A stretch of DNA of 43,337 nt from an uncultured Muribaculaceae bacterium (GTDB lineage Bacteria; Bacillota_I; Bacilli_A; RF39; UBA660), in the NCBI GenBank assembly GCA_964626795.1, contig CAZVIQ010000002.1, positions 1 to 43,337 of the forward strand, written 5' to 3'. The notes below the pieces were generated by a model, which saw only the letters and a list, made by a program, of their open reading frames with translations, was not told where the DNA came from and searched no databases. Made by a program: the position numbers and the translations under genes. Shown here in pieces: positions 17,798 to 27,385 of this stretch; positions within the stretch are counted from its first letter, which is position 1, and each line of letters begins with the position of its first letter.

Positions 17798-17851
17798 AAA
17801 AAACATTAAACGACAAAATTTATTCTTGAAAAGAAAAGATAAAAACGATAA

Positions 17852-17989
17852 AATTCATCGGTTAACCTAAACTACATCAACGTGGGCAGTGACGTGCATC
17901 TGGCAGTTTCTCTTAAATCTTGTATTACTGTAACTGGAGGAACCGGTATTAAAGAAAATCCTTATATAATATCTAATTCTACTTGTTAA
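17852..17989 (+). pseudogene. 3' remnant of a paralogue of the 472-aa protein encoded at 25366-26784
   Basis: An open frame of 45 codons without a start codon or RBS. It translates as ...LNYINVGSDVHLAVSLKSCITVTGGTGIKENPYIISNSTC*. By hand alignment, 16 of the last 28 residues are identical to ...SVSLKSCIVVTSGDGTLSSPYILSDKAC* (26698-26781). The DNA string CAGTTTCTCTTAAATC is shared. Confidence 0.7.
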
Positions 17990-18081
17990 TCAATTTATTC
18001 GTAAAATTCTTGTAAAACGAAACAAATTAATTTTTGTTTTTTTTATTGTTTTAGTATATAATAAGAACGGAGAGTGAATAA

Positions 18082-18192
18082 ATGAAAGATAAAGGAAGAA
18101 CAATTGTAATTTTTGCTATTTTACTATTACTACTTGGGCTTTTATATATATTATATTTTCATACGGGTTATTTCGATATTTTGAAAAAATAA
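18082..18192 (+). CDS. Small hydrophobic protein (36 aa), not in the ORF track
   Basis: MKDKGRTIVIFAILLLLLGLLYILYFHTGYFDILKK. RBS GGAGAG lies about 8 nt upstream, and a TATAAT-like box lies at about 18056. Single TM segment. Confidence 0.45.
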   Translation: MKDKGRTIVIFAILLLLLGLLYILYFHTGYFDILKK

Positions 18193-18227
18193 ATTTCTAG
18201 GGATTTTTGGTTAGTTAGGAGTAGAAG

Positions 18228-18926
18228 ATGATAAAATTCGGCAATAAATCGTTAGAAAGTTTTATACAGTTTAAATTAAATAAAACAAATAATAATTTTA
18301 CTGAAAAAGAGTTGAAGAGCATTAAGACTTTAGACTTGAATCCTATAGATATTGATTCTAATTATAGTAGAATCAATCTTGAAGATTTAAAATATTTTCC
18401 CAATTTAAAATATCTGACTATATCAAATATGCATGTTGATATAGCTTCTTTTGCGTTTATATTAAGATTAGAACATTTAGTAAGTCTAACTTTTATTAAT
18501 TCCACATTTCAGGATTTGTCAATTTTGTCTAATTTTAAACTAGAACATATTGGTTTTATTAATTCAAATCTTGAAGATTTAGGGATTATAAATAGAGTAA
18601 AGAGTTTAAAAGAGTTAACTTTAATTAATTATAAAGATATAGATTTATCATATTTTATAAATTTAAATTTAATTTCATTGGAATTATCAAACAGTACAGT
18701 TAAGAATGAGAATGGTATTGGTGAACTTAGTAATTTAAGTAAACTTATTGTATGTAATACTAATATCATGAATTTAAACTTTTTAAACAAACTTAAGAAA
18801 TTAAAAGAACTTTATATTACAAAGACACAATATATTGCTAATAAAATGATTATAAATAATTTAGTTAAAAATAAAGTTTCAGTATACATTGATAATAATA
18901 TATTAATTAATAAAGGAGAATTATAA
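18228..18926 (+). CDS. Leucine-rich repeat protein without a signal peptide
   Basis: 232 aa with about seven repeats of roughly 22 residues (LxxLxxLxLxNxxIxDLxxL type), e.g. LKYFPNLKYLTISNMHV and LSNLSKLIVCNTNIMNLNFLNKLKKLKELYI. RBS AGGAG. Confidence 0.75.
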   Translation: MIKFGNKSLESFIQFKLNKTNNNFTEKELKSIKTLDLNPIDIDSNYSRINLEDLKYFPNLKYLTISNMHVDIASFAFILRLEHLVSLTFINSTFQDLSILSNFKLEHIGFINSNLEDLGIINRVKSLKELTLINYKDIDLSYFINLNLISLELSNSTVKNENGIGELSNLSKLIVCNTNIMNLNFLNKLKKLKELYITKTQYIANKMIINNLVKNKVSVYIDNNILINKGEL

Positions 18927-20419
18927 TGATATTTTCAAATAAAATAATTGATCTTAAATATTTTAATCCTACTCTTATTAATTATATAAATGATACTGTT
19001 AAAAACAATGCTTTTTTAGGTACAACTATTGTTTTTGAAAGTACAAAAGGTTTAACGTCAGAAATGGTTGAACTTATTAATAAGTCTTCTAAGCTTAAAT
19101 TTAGAATATCTGGTGCTTTTGATTCCAAAAGAATAGAATCAAAAAAAATAAGTAAAAAACAGATTGAAGAAGAATATATCGAACCAGTTACTTATTCTAG
19201 AGAAGAACTTTTTAATATTTTAATAGTTATTGAAAGAATGGAAGAGAGTATTCCAGAAGAAATTTCAGATTTAGAAAAAGCGTTATATATATATAATAAT
19301 TTAAATAAATATTTTAACTATAAATATCATAAGGATACTGTTTCTAATAAAGAAGCAAGTTCATTTAGAGGACTTGTAACTAAAAACATAAATGCTAAAG
19401 GTATTGCACTTATTTTTCAAGAATTAATGCGCAGACAGAGCATTGAAGCTCATTATGTTGAAGGGAAACTCAAAAGTGAAGAATTTGATATTCCTCATTT
19501 TTGGAATATAATTCAGATTGATGGTAAATTTATTCCTTTAGATTTATATCTTGAAATAGAAGAATCAAGAAAAGGGTATTTTGGAGAATTATTGTATTTT
19601 GGAGAAATAAATTCGTTTTCTGAGACACATGTTCCAAGTAATACAGAGATTATACAGTTCTATAACAATTCTCTTTTTGCAATTTCAAAACAAGATTTAA
19701 TAGACTCGTTTAAAAACATATTTACTAATAAAGAGTATAAATTTAAAATAAATGCTTTTAAAAGAAGTAATGGAACTGAAGGAGTGTTCTCTTTTGTAGA
19801 AAGTGAACAGTGTTTAGAAAAAGAATATCAAAAAATAATTTATTTTGATGTAGTAGGCGGCAATACAATAGAAAACCCTTCAATTTTATATCTTGATGCT
19901 AATATAGAATTTATAGAAGAAGAACTTTTTATAGATAAAGTCAAGGTTGATGAAGCTGGATATAAAATCTTATATGAGAAGGTACTGGATCCTACCAATA
20001 TAAGAACAGGGATAACGCTTAACAATGGTTATATAGGAACACTAAAAAATGAAGATAATATTTTAAAGTTCTCTTATGATAGTAAAGTAAAAGATAATAT
20101 TAAAAACTTTCAAAAACTTCTTGTAAGAAGTGATAATACTACATTTGTTTTAGAACAGTTAAATACTACTTTAGAAGGTGAAATAGTAAGTACCAATAAA
20201 TATAAAATATACGAATTATTATATAATGAAGAATACTATGTATCTGAAAAAATTATATATACTGAGAAAGATATAATTGGAAATAATAGTGCAGAATTTA
20301 TTAATAATATATTGTCTGTTAAAAATATTAATAATGCTGTACTTTATAAAAGTGGTTATTTGGGATATTTTAATCCGGCAGAAATAAAAATAATAGATAA
20401 AAAAGAAAGCGAACAGTAA
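18926..20419 (+). CDS. Transglutaminase-like-fold protein apparently lacking the catalytic Cys, plus an unknown C-terminal half
   Basis: 497 aa, with an ATGA overlap to the LRR gene. The segment AKGIALIFQELMRRQSIEAHYVEG...PHFWNIIQIDGKFIPLDL matches the G-x-C...G-I-P-A-R-x-V-x-G...H-x-W-N...D core pattern, but Ala sits where the nucleophile Cys is expected. Confidence 0.5.
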   Translation: MIFSNKIIDLKYFNPTLINYINDTVKNNAFLGTTIVFESTKGLTSEMVELINKSSKLKFRISGAFDSKRIESKKISKKQIEEEYIEPVTYSREELFNILIVIERMEESIPEEISDLEKALYIYNNLNKYFNYKYHKDTVSNKEASSFRGLVTKNINAKGIALIFQELMRRQSIEAHYVEGKLKSEEFDIPHFWNIIQIDGKFIPLDLYLEIEESRKGYFGELLYFGEINSFSETHVPSNTEIIQFYNNSLFAISKQDLIDSFKNIFTNKEYKFKINAFKRSNGTEGVFSFVESEQCLEKEYQKIIYFDVVGGNTIENPSILYLDANIEFIEEELFIDKVKVDEAGYKILYEKVLDPTNIRTGITLNNGYIGTLKNEDNILKFSYDSKVKDNIKNFQKLLVRSDNTTFVLEQLNTTLEGEIVSTNKYKIYELLYNEEYYVSEKIIYTEKDIIGNNSAEFINNILSVKNINNAVLYKSGYLGYFNPAEIKIIDKKESEQ

Positions 20420-20445
20420 AGAGTTTTTATAACTCTTTTTTATTT
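20419..20445 (+). terminator. Rho-independent terminator
   Basis: AAGAGTT / AACTCTT stem with a 5-nt loop, followed by TTTTaTTTT. Confidence 0.6.
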
Positions 20446-20548
20446 TAATAACTACTTATTATCTTAAAATAATCGGTTTTTAAGAATTTTATAATAAAAA
20501 AAAAGCGTTTTGTAATTTTTTGTCATATATATATAGGTAGGAGGGTGT

Positions 20549-22276
20549 ATGAGCTTTATAGATAATGAAATACTTAATAAAATAATAACATCAAATGATA
20601 TAGTAGATATAATTGGATCATATTTATCTTTGATTCCAAAAGGCAAAAATTATTTTTGTGTATGTCCTTTTCATGATGATCATTCTCCAAGTATGTCAGT
20701 TAGTCCTCAAAAACAGATATTTAGATGTTTTGTATGCGGAGAAACAGGGAATTCGATTTCATTTTTAATGAGATATCTAAATATATCTTTTGTCGAAGCT
20801 GTTAAAATATTATCGGACAAGTCTGGTATTCATCTTGATATTAATGAAACTAAGAAAACAGATAGCAAATATGATAAATATTACGATATTAATGCTATGG
20901 CGAATGCATTTTTTAAAAATAACTTGAATACTAAAGAAGGAACAGAAGCAAGAAAATATCTTGATAGTAGAAATATTACCAAAGAATTAATAGATGAATT
21001 TGATATAGGAGTAAGTTTAAATGAAGGATTAGGTAAAGCCTTATCTAAGAAATATAGTGTAAAAGAACTGGTAGATCTTGATCTGGTTTATGAACAGGGA
21101 AATGTATTAAAAGATATATTTTATAACAGACTTATTTTTCCAATAAAAGACTCTGAAGGTAATGTAGTGGCTTTCAGTGGAAGAATATATAAGACTTCAG
21201 CAGATTCCAAATATAGAAACACAAGCGAAACAATAATATTTAAAAAAGGAAAAATAATATATAATTTTTCTAAAGCTAAAGAATATATTAGAAAAGCTAA
21301 AGAAGTAATAATATGTGAAGGTTTTATGGATACAATAAGACTGCATAGTATAGGTATAAAAAATACAGTTGCGCTCATGGGATCAAGTATGACTAAAGAA
21401 CAACTTGAAATAATTAAAAATCTTAAAGTAAATGTTGTACTTAATTTAGATCAGGATGACGCGGGAAAACTGGGTACTTATAATATAGGCGAAGAAATGC
21501 TTGAAATAGGAATTAATCCTAAAGTTATAGTGTTTAGTAAGTCAAAAGATTCAGATGATCTAATAACCAAGTTTGGTAAGGATGAGTTTATTACTGCATA
21601 TAGAAATAAAGTAGATTTCATAGATTTTAAACTTGACTTTCTTAAAAAGAACAAGAATCTTGATAATGCTGAAGAACTGTCAAAATATATAAATGAAGCA
21701 CTTGAGAGTATAAACAATCTTAATGATTCTGTACTCCAGGAAATTAAAATTTCACAACTTTCTGAAAAATATAACATTAATAAAAGTACACTTTTAAGTA
21801 AGATAGTTAAAAAAGAAAAAATTAATGTTATTAAAAAAGAAGTTCCAAAATTAAAATTAGATAAATATTTAATCAGTGAAATAAGAATAATATATTTAAT
21901 GCTTAACTATAGTGATGTAATTAAAATATATGAAAAAAATTTAGGATATCTAAATAATAGGAAACTTAATAGTTTTGCTAATGAAATAATCTCATATAAA
22001 CTTAAATATAAAATATTTGATTATAAAGATTTTATAACTTCCATATTGGATAATGAAGAACTTAATAATACACTTAAATTTATTATGTCATATCAGCATA
22101 TGGAAGATTATACAGATGAAGAATTAGAAGATTATATAAATACTGTTAAATTATATTCTGTAAAGAAAGAAACAGAAAAACTTACAAAAAGAATGAATGA
22201 AAGTATTGATATAAATGAAAAAAAAGAATTATTAGAAAAAATAGTAAATATGAAAAAGGATGTGTTAGAATGGTAA
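20549..22276 (+). CDS. dnaG: DNA primase
   Basis: 575 aa. Zinc finger [13 protein letters not shown]...[11 protein letters not shown] and a TOPRIM region ([16 protein letters not shown]). Confidence 0.95.
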   Translation: MSFIDNEILNKIITSNDIVDIIGSYLSLIPKGKNYFCVCPFHDDHSPSMSVSPQKQIFRCFVCGETGNSISFLMRYLNISFVEAVKILSDKSGIHLDINETKKTDSKYDKYYDINAMANAFFKNNLNTKEGTEARKYLDSRNITKELIDEFDIGVSLNEGLGKALSKKYSVKELVDLDLVYEQGNVLKDIFYNRLIFPIKDSEGNVVAFSGRIYKTSADSKYRNTSETIIFKKGKIIYNFSKAKEYIRKAKEVIICEGFMDTIRLHSIGIKNTVALMGSSMTKEQLEIIKNLKVNVVLNLDQDDAGKLGTYNIGEEMLEIGINPKVIVFSKSKDSDDLITKFGKDEFITAYRNKVDFIDFKLDFLKKNKNLDNAEELSKYINEALESINNLNDSVLQEIKISQLSEKYNINKSTLLSKIVKKEKINVIKKEVPKLKLDKYLISEIRIIYLMLNYSDVIKIYEKNLGYLNNRKLNSFANEIISYKLKYKIFDYKDFITSILDNEELNNTLKFIMSYQHMEDYTDEELEDYINTVKLYSVKKETEKLTKRMNESIDINEKKELLEKIVNMKKDVLEW

Positions 22277-23358
22277 ACGAAATAAAATCATTTGAAGAAA
22301 GAACAAATGAATTAATAGAACAGGGTAAAAAAGATGGCTTTATTACTTATGAGCAGATAGCTAAAAAATTTATTGATCTTGAAATAGACAGTACTTCACT
22401 AGATGAACTGTATAATATTTTAACTGCTAATAATATAGAGGTTCTTCCAGAAGGTGAAGATGAAGGCTCAGCTGTAGTGCCAAGTGCAGATATAGTTATT
22501 GATATACCTGATGAATCTAAAGATATGAGTGTTAATGATAATGTGAGAATGTACTTAAAGGAAATAGGTAAAATATCTTTGTTATCTTTAGAAGAAGAAC
22601 AGGAACTTTCAAAAAGAGTAGCGGCTGGTGATGAAGAAGCTAAAAATATACTTGCAGAGTCTAACTTAAGACTTGTAGTTTCTATTGCAAAAAGATATGT
22701 AGGAAGAGGACTGTTATTTCTTGATTTAATTCAAGAAGGAAATATTGGTCTTATGAAAGCAGTAGAAAAATTTGACTATGATAAAGGTTATAAATTCAGT
22801 ACTTATGCGACATGGTGGATTAGACAAGCTATAACAAGAGCACTTGCAGATCAAGCGAGAACAATCAGAGTACCAGTTCATATGGTTGAGACAATAAATA
22901 AAATGGTAAGAATAGAAAGACAAATGACTCTTGAACTTAATCGTGAACCTACAAATGAAGAACTTGCAAAGAAAATGGGACTTTCAGTAGAAAAAGTAAT
23001 TGAAATAAGAAAAATTAGTCAGGATCCTGTATCACTTGAAACACCTATTGGTGAAGAAGATGATTCACATTTAGGTGATTTTCTTGCAGATGAGAGAACT
23101 ATGTCTCCTGAAGAATTTACTACTTATGAAATATTAAAAGAAGAGCTTAAAGATGTGCTTCTTACTCTAACTAAAAGAGAAGAAGAAGTACTTGAATTAC
23201 GTTTTGGCCTATTTGATGGAAGTTGTCACACTCTTGAAGAAGTAGGTAAAAAATTTGGTGTAACAAGAGAAAGAATCAGACAAATAGAAGCAAAAGCACT
23301 TAGAAAATTAAGACATCCTTCAAGAGCTAAAAAATTAAAGGATTTCTTAATTGAGTAA
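22270..23358 (+). CDS. sigA: Primary sigma factor (sigma-70/SigA)
   Basis: Region 2 motifs ([28 protein letters not shown]) and region 4.2 ([20 protein letters not shown]). Overlaps the dnaG stop. Confidence 0.95.
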   Translation: MVNEIKSFEERTNELIEQGKKDGFITYEQIAKKFIDLEIDSTSLDELYNILTANNIEVLPEGEDEGSAVVPSADIVIDIPDESKDMSVNDNVRMYLKEIGKISLLSLEEEQELSKRVAAGDEEAKNILAESNLRLVVSIAKRYVGRGLLFLDLIQEGNIGLMKAVEKFDYDKGYKFSTYATWWIRQAITRALADQARTIRVPVHMVETINKMVRIERQMTLELNREPTNEELAKKMGLSVEKVIEIRKISQDPVSLETPIGEEDDSHLGDFLADERTMSPEEFTTYEILKEELKDVLLTLTKREEEVLELRFGLFDGSCHTLEEVGKKFGVTRERIRQIEAKALRKLRHPSRAKKLKDFLIE

Positions 23359-23965
23359 AAGAATTAATGCAATACTAAATAATATTGATAAAGAAGATAT
23401 AGTACTTGATATAGGTTGTGATATGGCACATATAGGAATAAATCTTGCAAAGAAAGGAATAATTTCTTATGCTGGAGATATAAAAGAAAATATAATTAGT
23501 AGAGCTAAAGAAAATGCAAAAAAATTAAATCTTGATAAATTTATAAATTTTAAAACTTCAGATGGATTGAAAGAATTTGTTAATATATCTGAGATTAATA
23601 CTCTTGTTTTAGCGGGCATGGGGACATATACTATTTTAAATATTTTAAAGGAATCGGAACGTAAGTATAATAAAATTATAACAATATCTAATAATGACCA
23701 TTTATTACTTAGAACTGAAATGATAAAATTGGGATACAAAATAAAATTAGAAGAAATAATTTTTGAAAAAAATAAATATTATAATTTAATTGTATTTATT
23801 CTTGGAAAATGTAATTATAATGAAAAAGAATTGAATTTAGGATATAATCATCAAAATCAAGAATTATTAATACAAAGAAATAGAAATTTAATAAATAAAT
23901 ATAAAAATTTATCTGAAGAAGGGAAAGAAAAATTTAAAAATATACTCCAAATGTTAGAAAAATAA
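23351..23965 (+). CDS. trmK: tRNA (adenine22-N1)-methyltransferase TrmK-like
   Basis: 204 aa with a TTG start. [13 protein letters not shown]-binding motif and the conserved position downstream of sigA. Confidence 0.65.
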   Translation: MSKRINAILNNIDKEDIVLDIGCDMAHIGINLAKKGIISYAGDIKENIISRAKENAKKLNLDKFINFKTSDGLKEFVNISEINTLVLAGMGTYTILNILKESERKYNKIITISNNDHLLLRTEMIKLGYKIKLEEIIFEKNKYYNLIVFILGKCNYNEKELNLGYNHQNQELLIQRNRNLINKYKNLSEEGKEKFKNILQMLEK

Positions 23966-24011
23966 TAGTTGGAGAAATAAATATAATTATTTAATAGAAA
24001 GGAAAAGCAGT

Positions 24012-25292
24012 ATGTTTATCGATGAAGTAATAATTAAAGTAAAAGCTGGAAATGGAGGAGATGGATGTTCTTCTTTTAGGCATGAAAAATATGTTGAGCT
24101 TGGTGGTCCAGATGGTGGTAACGGTGGAAAAGGTGGAAACATTATATTTAAAGCAGATAAAGGTCTTAAAACTCTTATTGATTTAAAATATATGAAAACT
24201 GTTAAAGCAGATAAAGGTGGCAATGGAAGTGGTAATGATAAAACTGGTAGGAATGCAGAAGATACTTTTATAAAAGTACCAGTGGGAACTACCATTAAAG
24301 ATTCGGAAACTGGACTTATTATATGTGATCTTATAGAAGATAACGAAGAGCATATTATAGCAAAAGGTGGAAAAGGTGGTAAAGGTAATGCTGCTTTTAA
24401 AACAAATAAAAATAAAGCACCTACTATAAGTGAGTACGGTGAAGAAGGTGAAGAAAAAACTTTACAGTGTGAACTTAAACTTTTAGCAGATGTAGGACTT
24501 GTAGGATTTCCTTCAGTTGGTAAAAGTAGTTTAATAAGTATTATAAGTGCATCCAAACCAAAAATTGCTGATTATCATTTTACTACACTTTCTCCTAATT
24601 TAGGAGTTGTAAAAGTTGAAGATTATAGTTTTGTAGTTGCTGATCTTCCAGGACTTATTGAAGGTGCTTCAGAAGGTATAGGACTAGGTGATAGATTTTT
24701 AAAACATACACTTAGAACTAAAGTTATTTGTCATTTAATAGATATGAGTTCTTTAGAAGGAAGAAATCCAATTGAAGATTATAAGATAATTAGAAGAGAA
24801 CTAGAAAGTTATAGTGATAAACTTGCTAAAAAGACTGAAATAATTGTTGCAAATAAAATGGATTTACCAAATTCAAAAGATAATTTAGAATTATTTAAAA
24901 AAGAGTTTCCAGATTTAACTGTAATACCAATAAGTGCGGTGACTAAAGAAAATATTAATACACTTCTTTATAAAATTAAAGAAACACTTATAAAAGAAGA
25001 AGAAACTTCAGTTTATGAAGAAAATGAATTTGAAGATTATGTACTTTATGAATTTAAAAATAATAAGCCTTACACTATTATCAAAGAAGGTAATAGTTGG
25101 CTATTAGAAGGTGATGAATTACACAAACTACTTAAAAAAACCAGATTTAATAGTGATGAAGCGACTCTTAGATTTGCTAAAAAACTAAAAACTATGGGAA
25201 TTGATGATGAACTTCGCAAACTTGGCGCTAAAGAAGGAGACACAGTTAAAATACTTGATAAGGAATTTGAATATGAAGATAGATTTTATTAG
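24012..25292 (+). CDS. obg: GTPase Obg/CgtA
   Basis: MFIDEVIIKVKAGNGGDGCSSFRHEKY Gly-rich Obg fold, G-domain motifs GFPSVGKSS / DLPG / NKMD, and a C-terminal extension domain. Confidence 0.95.
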   Translation: MFIDEVIIKVKAGNGGDGCSSFRHEKYVELGGPDGGNGGKGGNIIFKADKGLKTLIDLKYMKTVKADKGGNGSGNDKTGRNAEDTFIKVPVGTTIKDSETGLIICDLIEDNEEHIIAKGGKGGKGNAAFKTNKNKAPTISEYGEEGEEKTLQCELKLLADVGLVGFPSVGKSSLISIISASKPKIADYHFTTLSPNLGVVKVEDYSFVVADLPGLIEGASEGIGLGDRFLKHTLRTKVICHLIDMSSLEGRNPIEDYKIIRRELESYSDKLAKKTEIIVANKMDLPNSKDNLELFKKEFPDLTVIPISAVTKENINTLLYKIKETLIKEEETSVYEENEFEDYVLYEFKNNKPYTIIKEGNSWLLEGDELHKLLKKTRFNSDEATLRFAKKLKTMGIDDELRKLGAKEGDTVKILDKEFEYEDRFY

Positions 25293-25310
25293 AATCTAAT
25301 TTAAAAAATC

Positions 25311-25339
25311 TTGAATAATGTTTCAATAAATGGTAAAAT
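25311..25339 (+). promoter_or_regulatory. Candidate promoter of the 472-aa gene
   Basis: TTGAAT (25311-25316), a 17-nt spacer, then an extended -10 TGgTAAAAT (25331-25339). Confidence 0.5.
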
Positions 25340-25365
25340 CCCTTTAAGGATAGAGTGATTTTATT

Positions 25366-26784
25366 ATGAATAAGAAAGCTATTATAATTAGTATATTAAT
25401 TACTTTACTATTAATGAGTTCATTAATAGTTTTTAGATTTGATAATAAAAAAGAAATATATATAACAAAATCCAGTGAAATAAAGAATACTAAACTAAGC
25501 ATGATAAAAATAGAAGAAGGAATATCAACAGTAATAAAAGCAGTACCGACAAGTGGCAACTGGTATATGGATTATAATTGTGAAAATGACAATACAAAAT
25601 TATTCTGGGATGATGACAGCAAAAAAATCTTGGTAAAAGAAGCTGGAGATACAGAATGCACAGTAATATTTGAAAAGACAAAATCAGCAATAAATATAGT
25701 ATCAATGTATGTAGATGATGTATATGTAGGAGAGCTAGAAGAAAGTAAATCATATAGGTTATTATCATATGAATGTGCAAACGGAGAAACAGTAATGTGG
25801 AACGGAATAGAAAGTGAAGTTTCTGTAAAACCACTAAGACAGAACACACATTGTAAATTATATTTTGAAGAAGCACCATATTTATATAATAAAATACTAT
25901 TAGACAATGTTGTACAAAGTGATTCAAGTATAAACTTCGCTAATTCATCATCAGACACAAATGGAAAAGGATTATACTATACAGAAAATGAACTAACATA
26001 TGGAGAGGATAATACAAGAATCTACTATTTTAGAGGAAGAGTAGAAAACAACTGGGCAAGCTTTGGAGGATACTTATGGAGAATTGTGCGTACAACAAGT
26101 GAAAATGGAATAAAGTTAGTATATTCAGGAAATGGACAGGGAACTACTAGTGGACATATAAAATCAGTTGTGTTTAACACAACTAATAATCGATATCGTA
26201 TGGGATATACTTATAACTTAACTGGTTACAGTGGAAATCAAACAGATAGTTTAGTTAAAACAGAAATAGATAGTTGGTATGAAAGTAATTTAAGTTCTTA
26301 TTCAAATTATTTAAGTGAAACTGCTGTATATTGCTCTGATAGAGATGGTTCTTCATTTCCTGTGAGAGTTCGACTTTATGCAAATAAAAGACCATCATTT
26401 GCATGTCCGAATGCAAATGAAAGTAGATATACAGCAAGTATAACAACAGGAAATGGATACTTACAAAAACCAATTGCCTTACTAACTGCAGATGAGGTAC
26501 ATTATTCAGGAGTCATTTATGGAACAAAAAGTTTAAATTCATATATTATGGATAATGTAACAGAGATATCTAATTGGTGGCTTATATCACCTTTTAGTCA
26601 AGATGTTAGAGGGGGAGGCTGGTGGTGTCTTTTCTCAGTACGTCCTGGCGGAGATTTATACGATGATGCTCATGTAAATTCTGGTGCTGTTCGTCCCTCA
26701 GTTTCTCTTAAATCATGTATAGTGGTAACAAGTGGAGATGGAACTTTATCTAGTCCATATATATTAAGTGATAAAGCTTGCTAG
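25366..26784 (+). CDS. Membrane-anchored extracytoplasmic protein of unknown function, with two Cys-bracketed modules and a conserved C-terminal domain
   Basis: 472 aa with an N-terminal TM anchor. Two modules of about 40 aa (aa 65-104 and 128-168) follow the pattern Y.C.N...W....VK....C..FE. Later motifs are NNWASFGGYLWRIVRTTSENGIKLVY, WWLISPFS and AVRPSVSLKSCIVVTSGDGTLSSPYIL. Confidence 0.6.
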   Translation: MNKKAIIISILITLLLMSSLIVFRFDNKKEIYITKSSEIKNTKLSMIKIEEGISTVIKAVPTSGNWYMDYNCENDNTKLFWDDDSKKILVKEAGDTECTVIFEKTKSAINIVSMYVDDVYVGELEESKSYRLLSYECANGETVMWNGIESEVSVKPLRQNTHCKLYFEEAPYLYNKILLDNVVQSDSSINFANSSSDTNGKGLYYTENELTYGEDNTRIYYFRGRVENNWASFGGYLWRIVRTTSENGIKLVYSGNGQGTTSGHIKSVVFNTTNNRYRMGYTYNLTGYSGNQTDSLVKTEIDSWYESNLSSYSNYLSETAVYCSDRDGSSFPVRVRLYANKRPSFACPNANESRYTASITTGNGYLQKPIALLTADEVHYSGVIYGTKSLNSYIMDNVTEISNWWLISPFSQDVRGGGWWCLFSVRPGGDLYDDAHVNSGAVRPSVSLKSCIVVTSGDGTLSSPYILSDKAC

Positions 26785-26792
26785 AAATACAT

Positions 26793-26826
26793 AACTCTAT
26801 ATTTTACTTTTAAATATAGAGTTTTT
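26793..26826 (+). terminator. Rho-independent terminator
   Basis: Perfect 11-bp stem AACTCTATATT (26793-26803) / AATATAGAGTT (26813-26823) with a 9-nt loop and a T-run. Confidence 0.7.
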
Positions 26827-26860
26827 ATATTATAATAAAATAAGCAGTAAAGGAGTATCT

Positions 26861-27385
26861 ATGATAACTAAATTTGTACCAGATAAATATCAAAAAAGTG
26901 TTTATACTATTAATTATAAAAAATTAAAACGTGAAGGCTTTAAATGTATTATATTTGATTTAGATAATACTTTAGTGCCTATTAATGTAATTGATGCAAA
27001 TAAAAGACTTAAGAATCTTATAAATGATGTTAAAATGATTGGTTTTAAAGTCATTATTATGTCTAACAGTCCTAAATCAAGAGTGATGGCATTTCAAAAA
27101 TCTTTAGTTGTAGATTGTGTTCCTTTTGCTTTAAAACCTCGAAAAGAAAAATATGAAAAAATACTTAAAATATATAATTTAAAAGAAAAAGAAGTATGTT
27201 CTGTAGGTGATCAACTTTTTACTGATGTTTTAGGTGCTAATAGAGTTGGAATAACAAGTATTCTAGTAAATGCTATGAGTTCAAATGATCATCATATTAA
27301 ATTTATTTATAAATTTTTAGAAAAAGCAATATGGAGAGTTTTAAGTAAAAAAGATTTACTTATAAAGGGGAAATATTATGATTAA
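26861..27385 (+). CDS. yqeG: YqeG-family HAD phosphatase
   Basis: 174 aa. HAD motif I IIFDLDNTLV and motif SVGDQLFTDVLGANRVG. Followed by yqeH. Confidence 0.85.
   Translation: MITKFVPDKYQKSVYTINYKKLKREGFKCIIFDLDNTLVPINVIDANKRLKNLINDVKMIGFKVIIMSNSPKSRVMAFQKSLVVDCVPFALKPRKEKYEKILKIYNLKEKEVCSVGDQLFTDVLGANRVGITSILVNAMSSNDHHIKFIYKFLEKAIWRVLSKKDLLIKGKYYD

Noticed and set aside
23987-24556. 189-aa Pro/Ser/Leu-rich ORF on the minus strand
   Set aside because: It is exactly antisense to the Gly-rich N-terminal domain of obg, where GGN codons read as NCC (Pro) on the other strand. There is no RBS, and the obg frame has unambiguous motifs, so this is a shadow ORF.
25490-25958. Two long minus-strand ORFs (145 and 128 aa), plus a third at 26255-26473
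   Set aside because: They lie antisense within the 472-aa gene. The products are low-complexity, with no start context. They are best explained by the A-rich codon bias of the sense strand removing antisense stop codons. I used them only as evidence of compositional bias.
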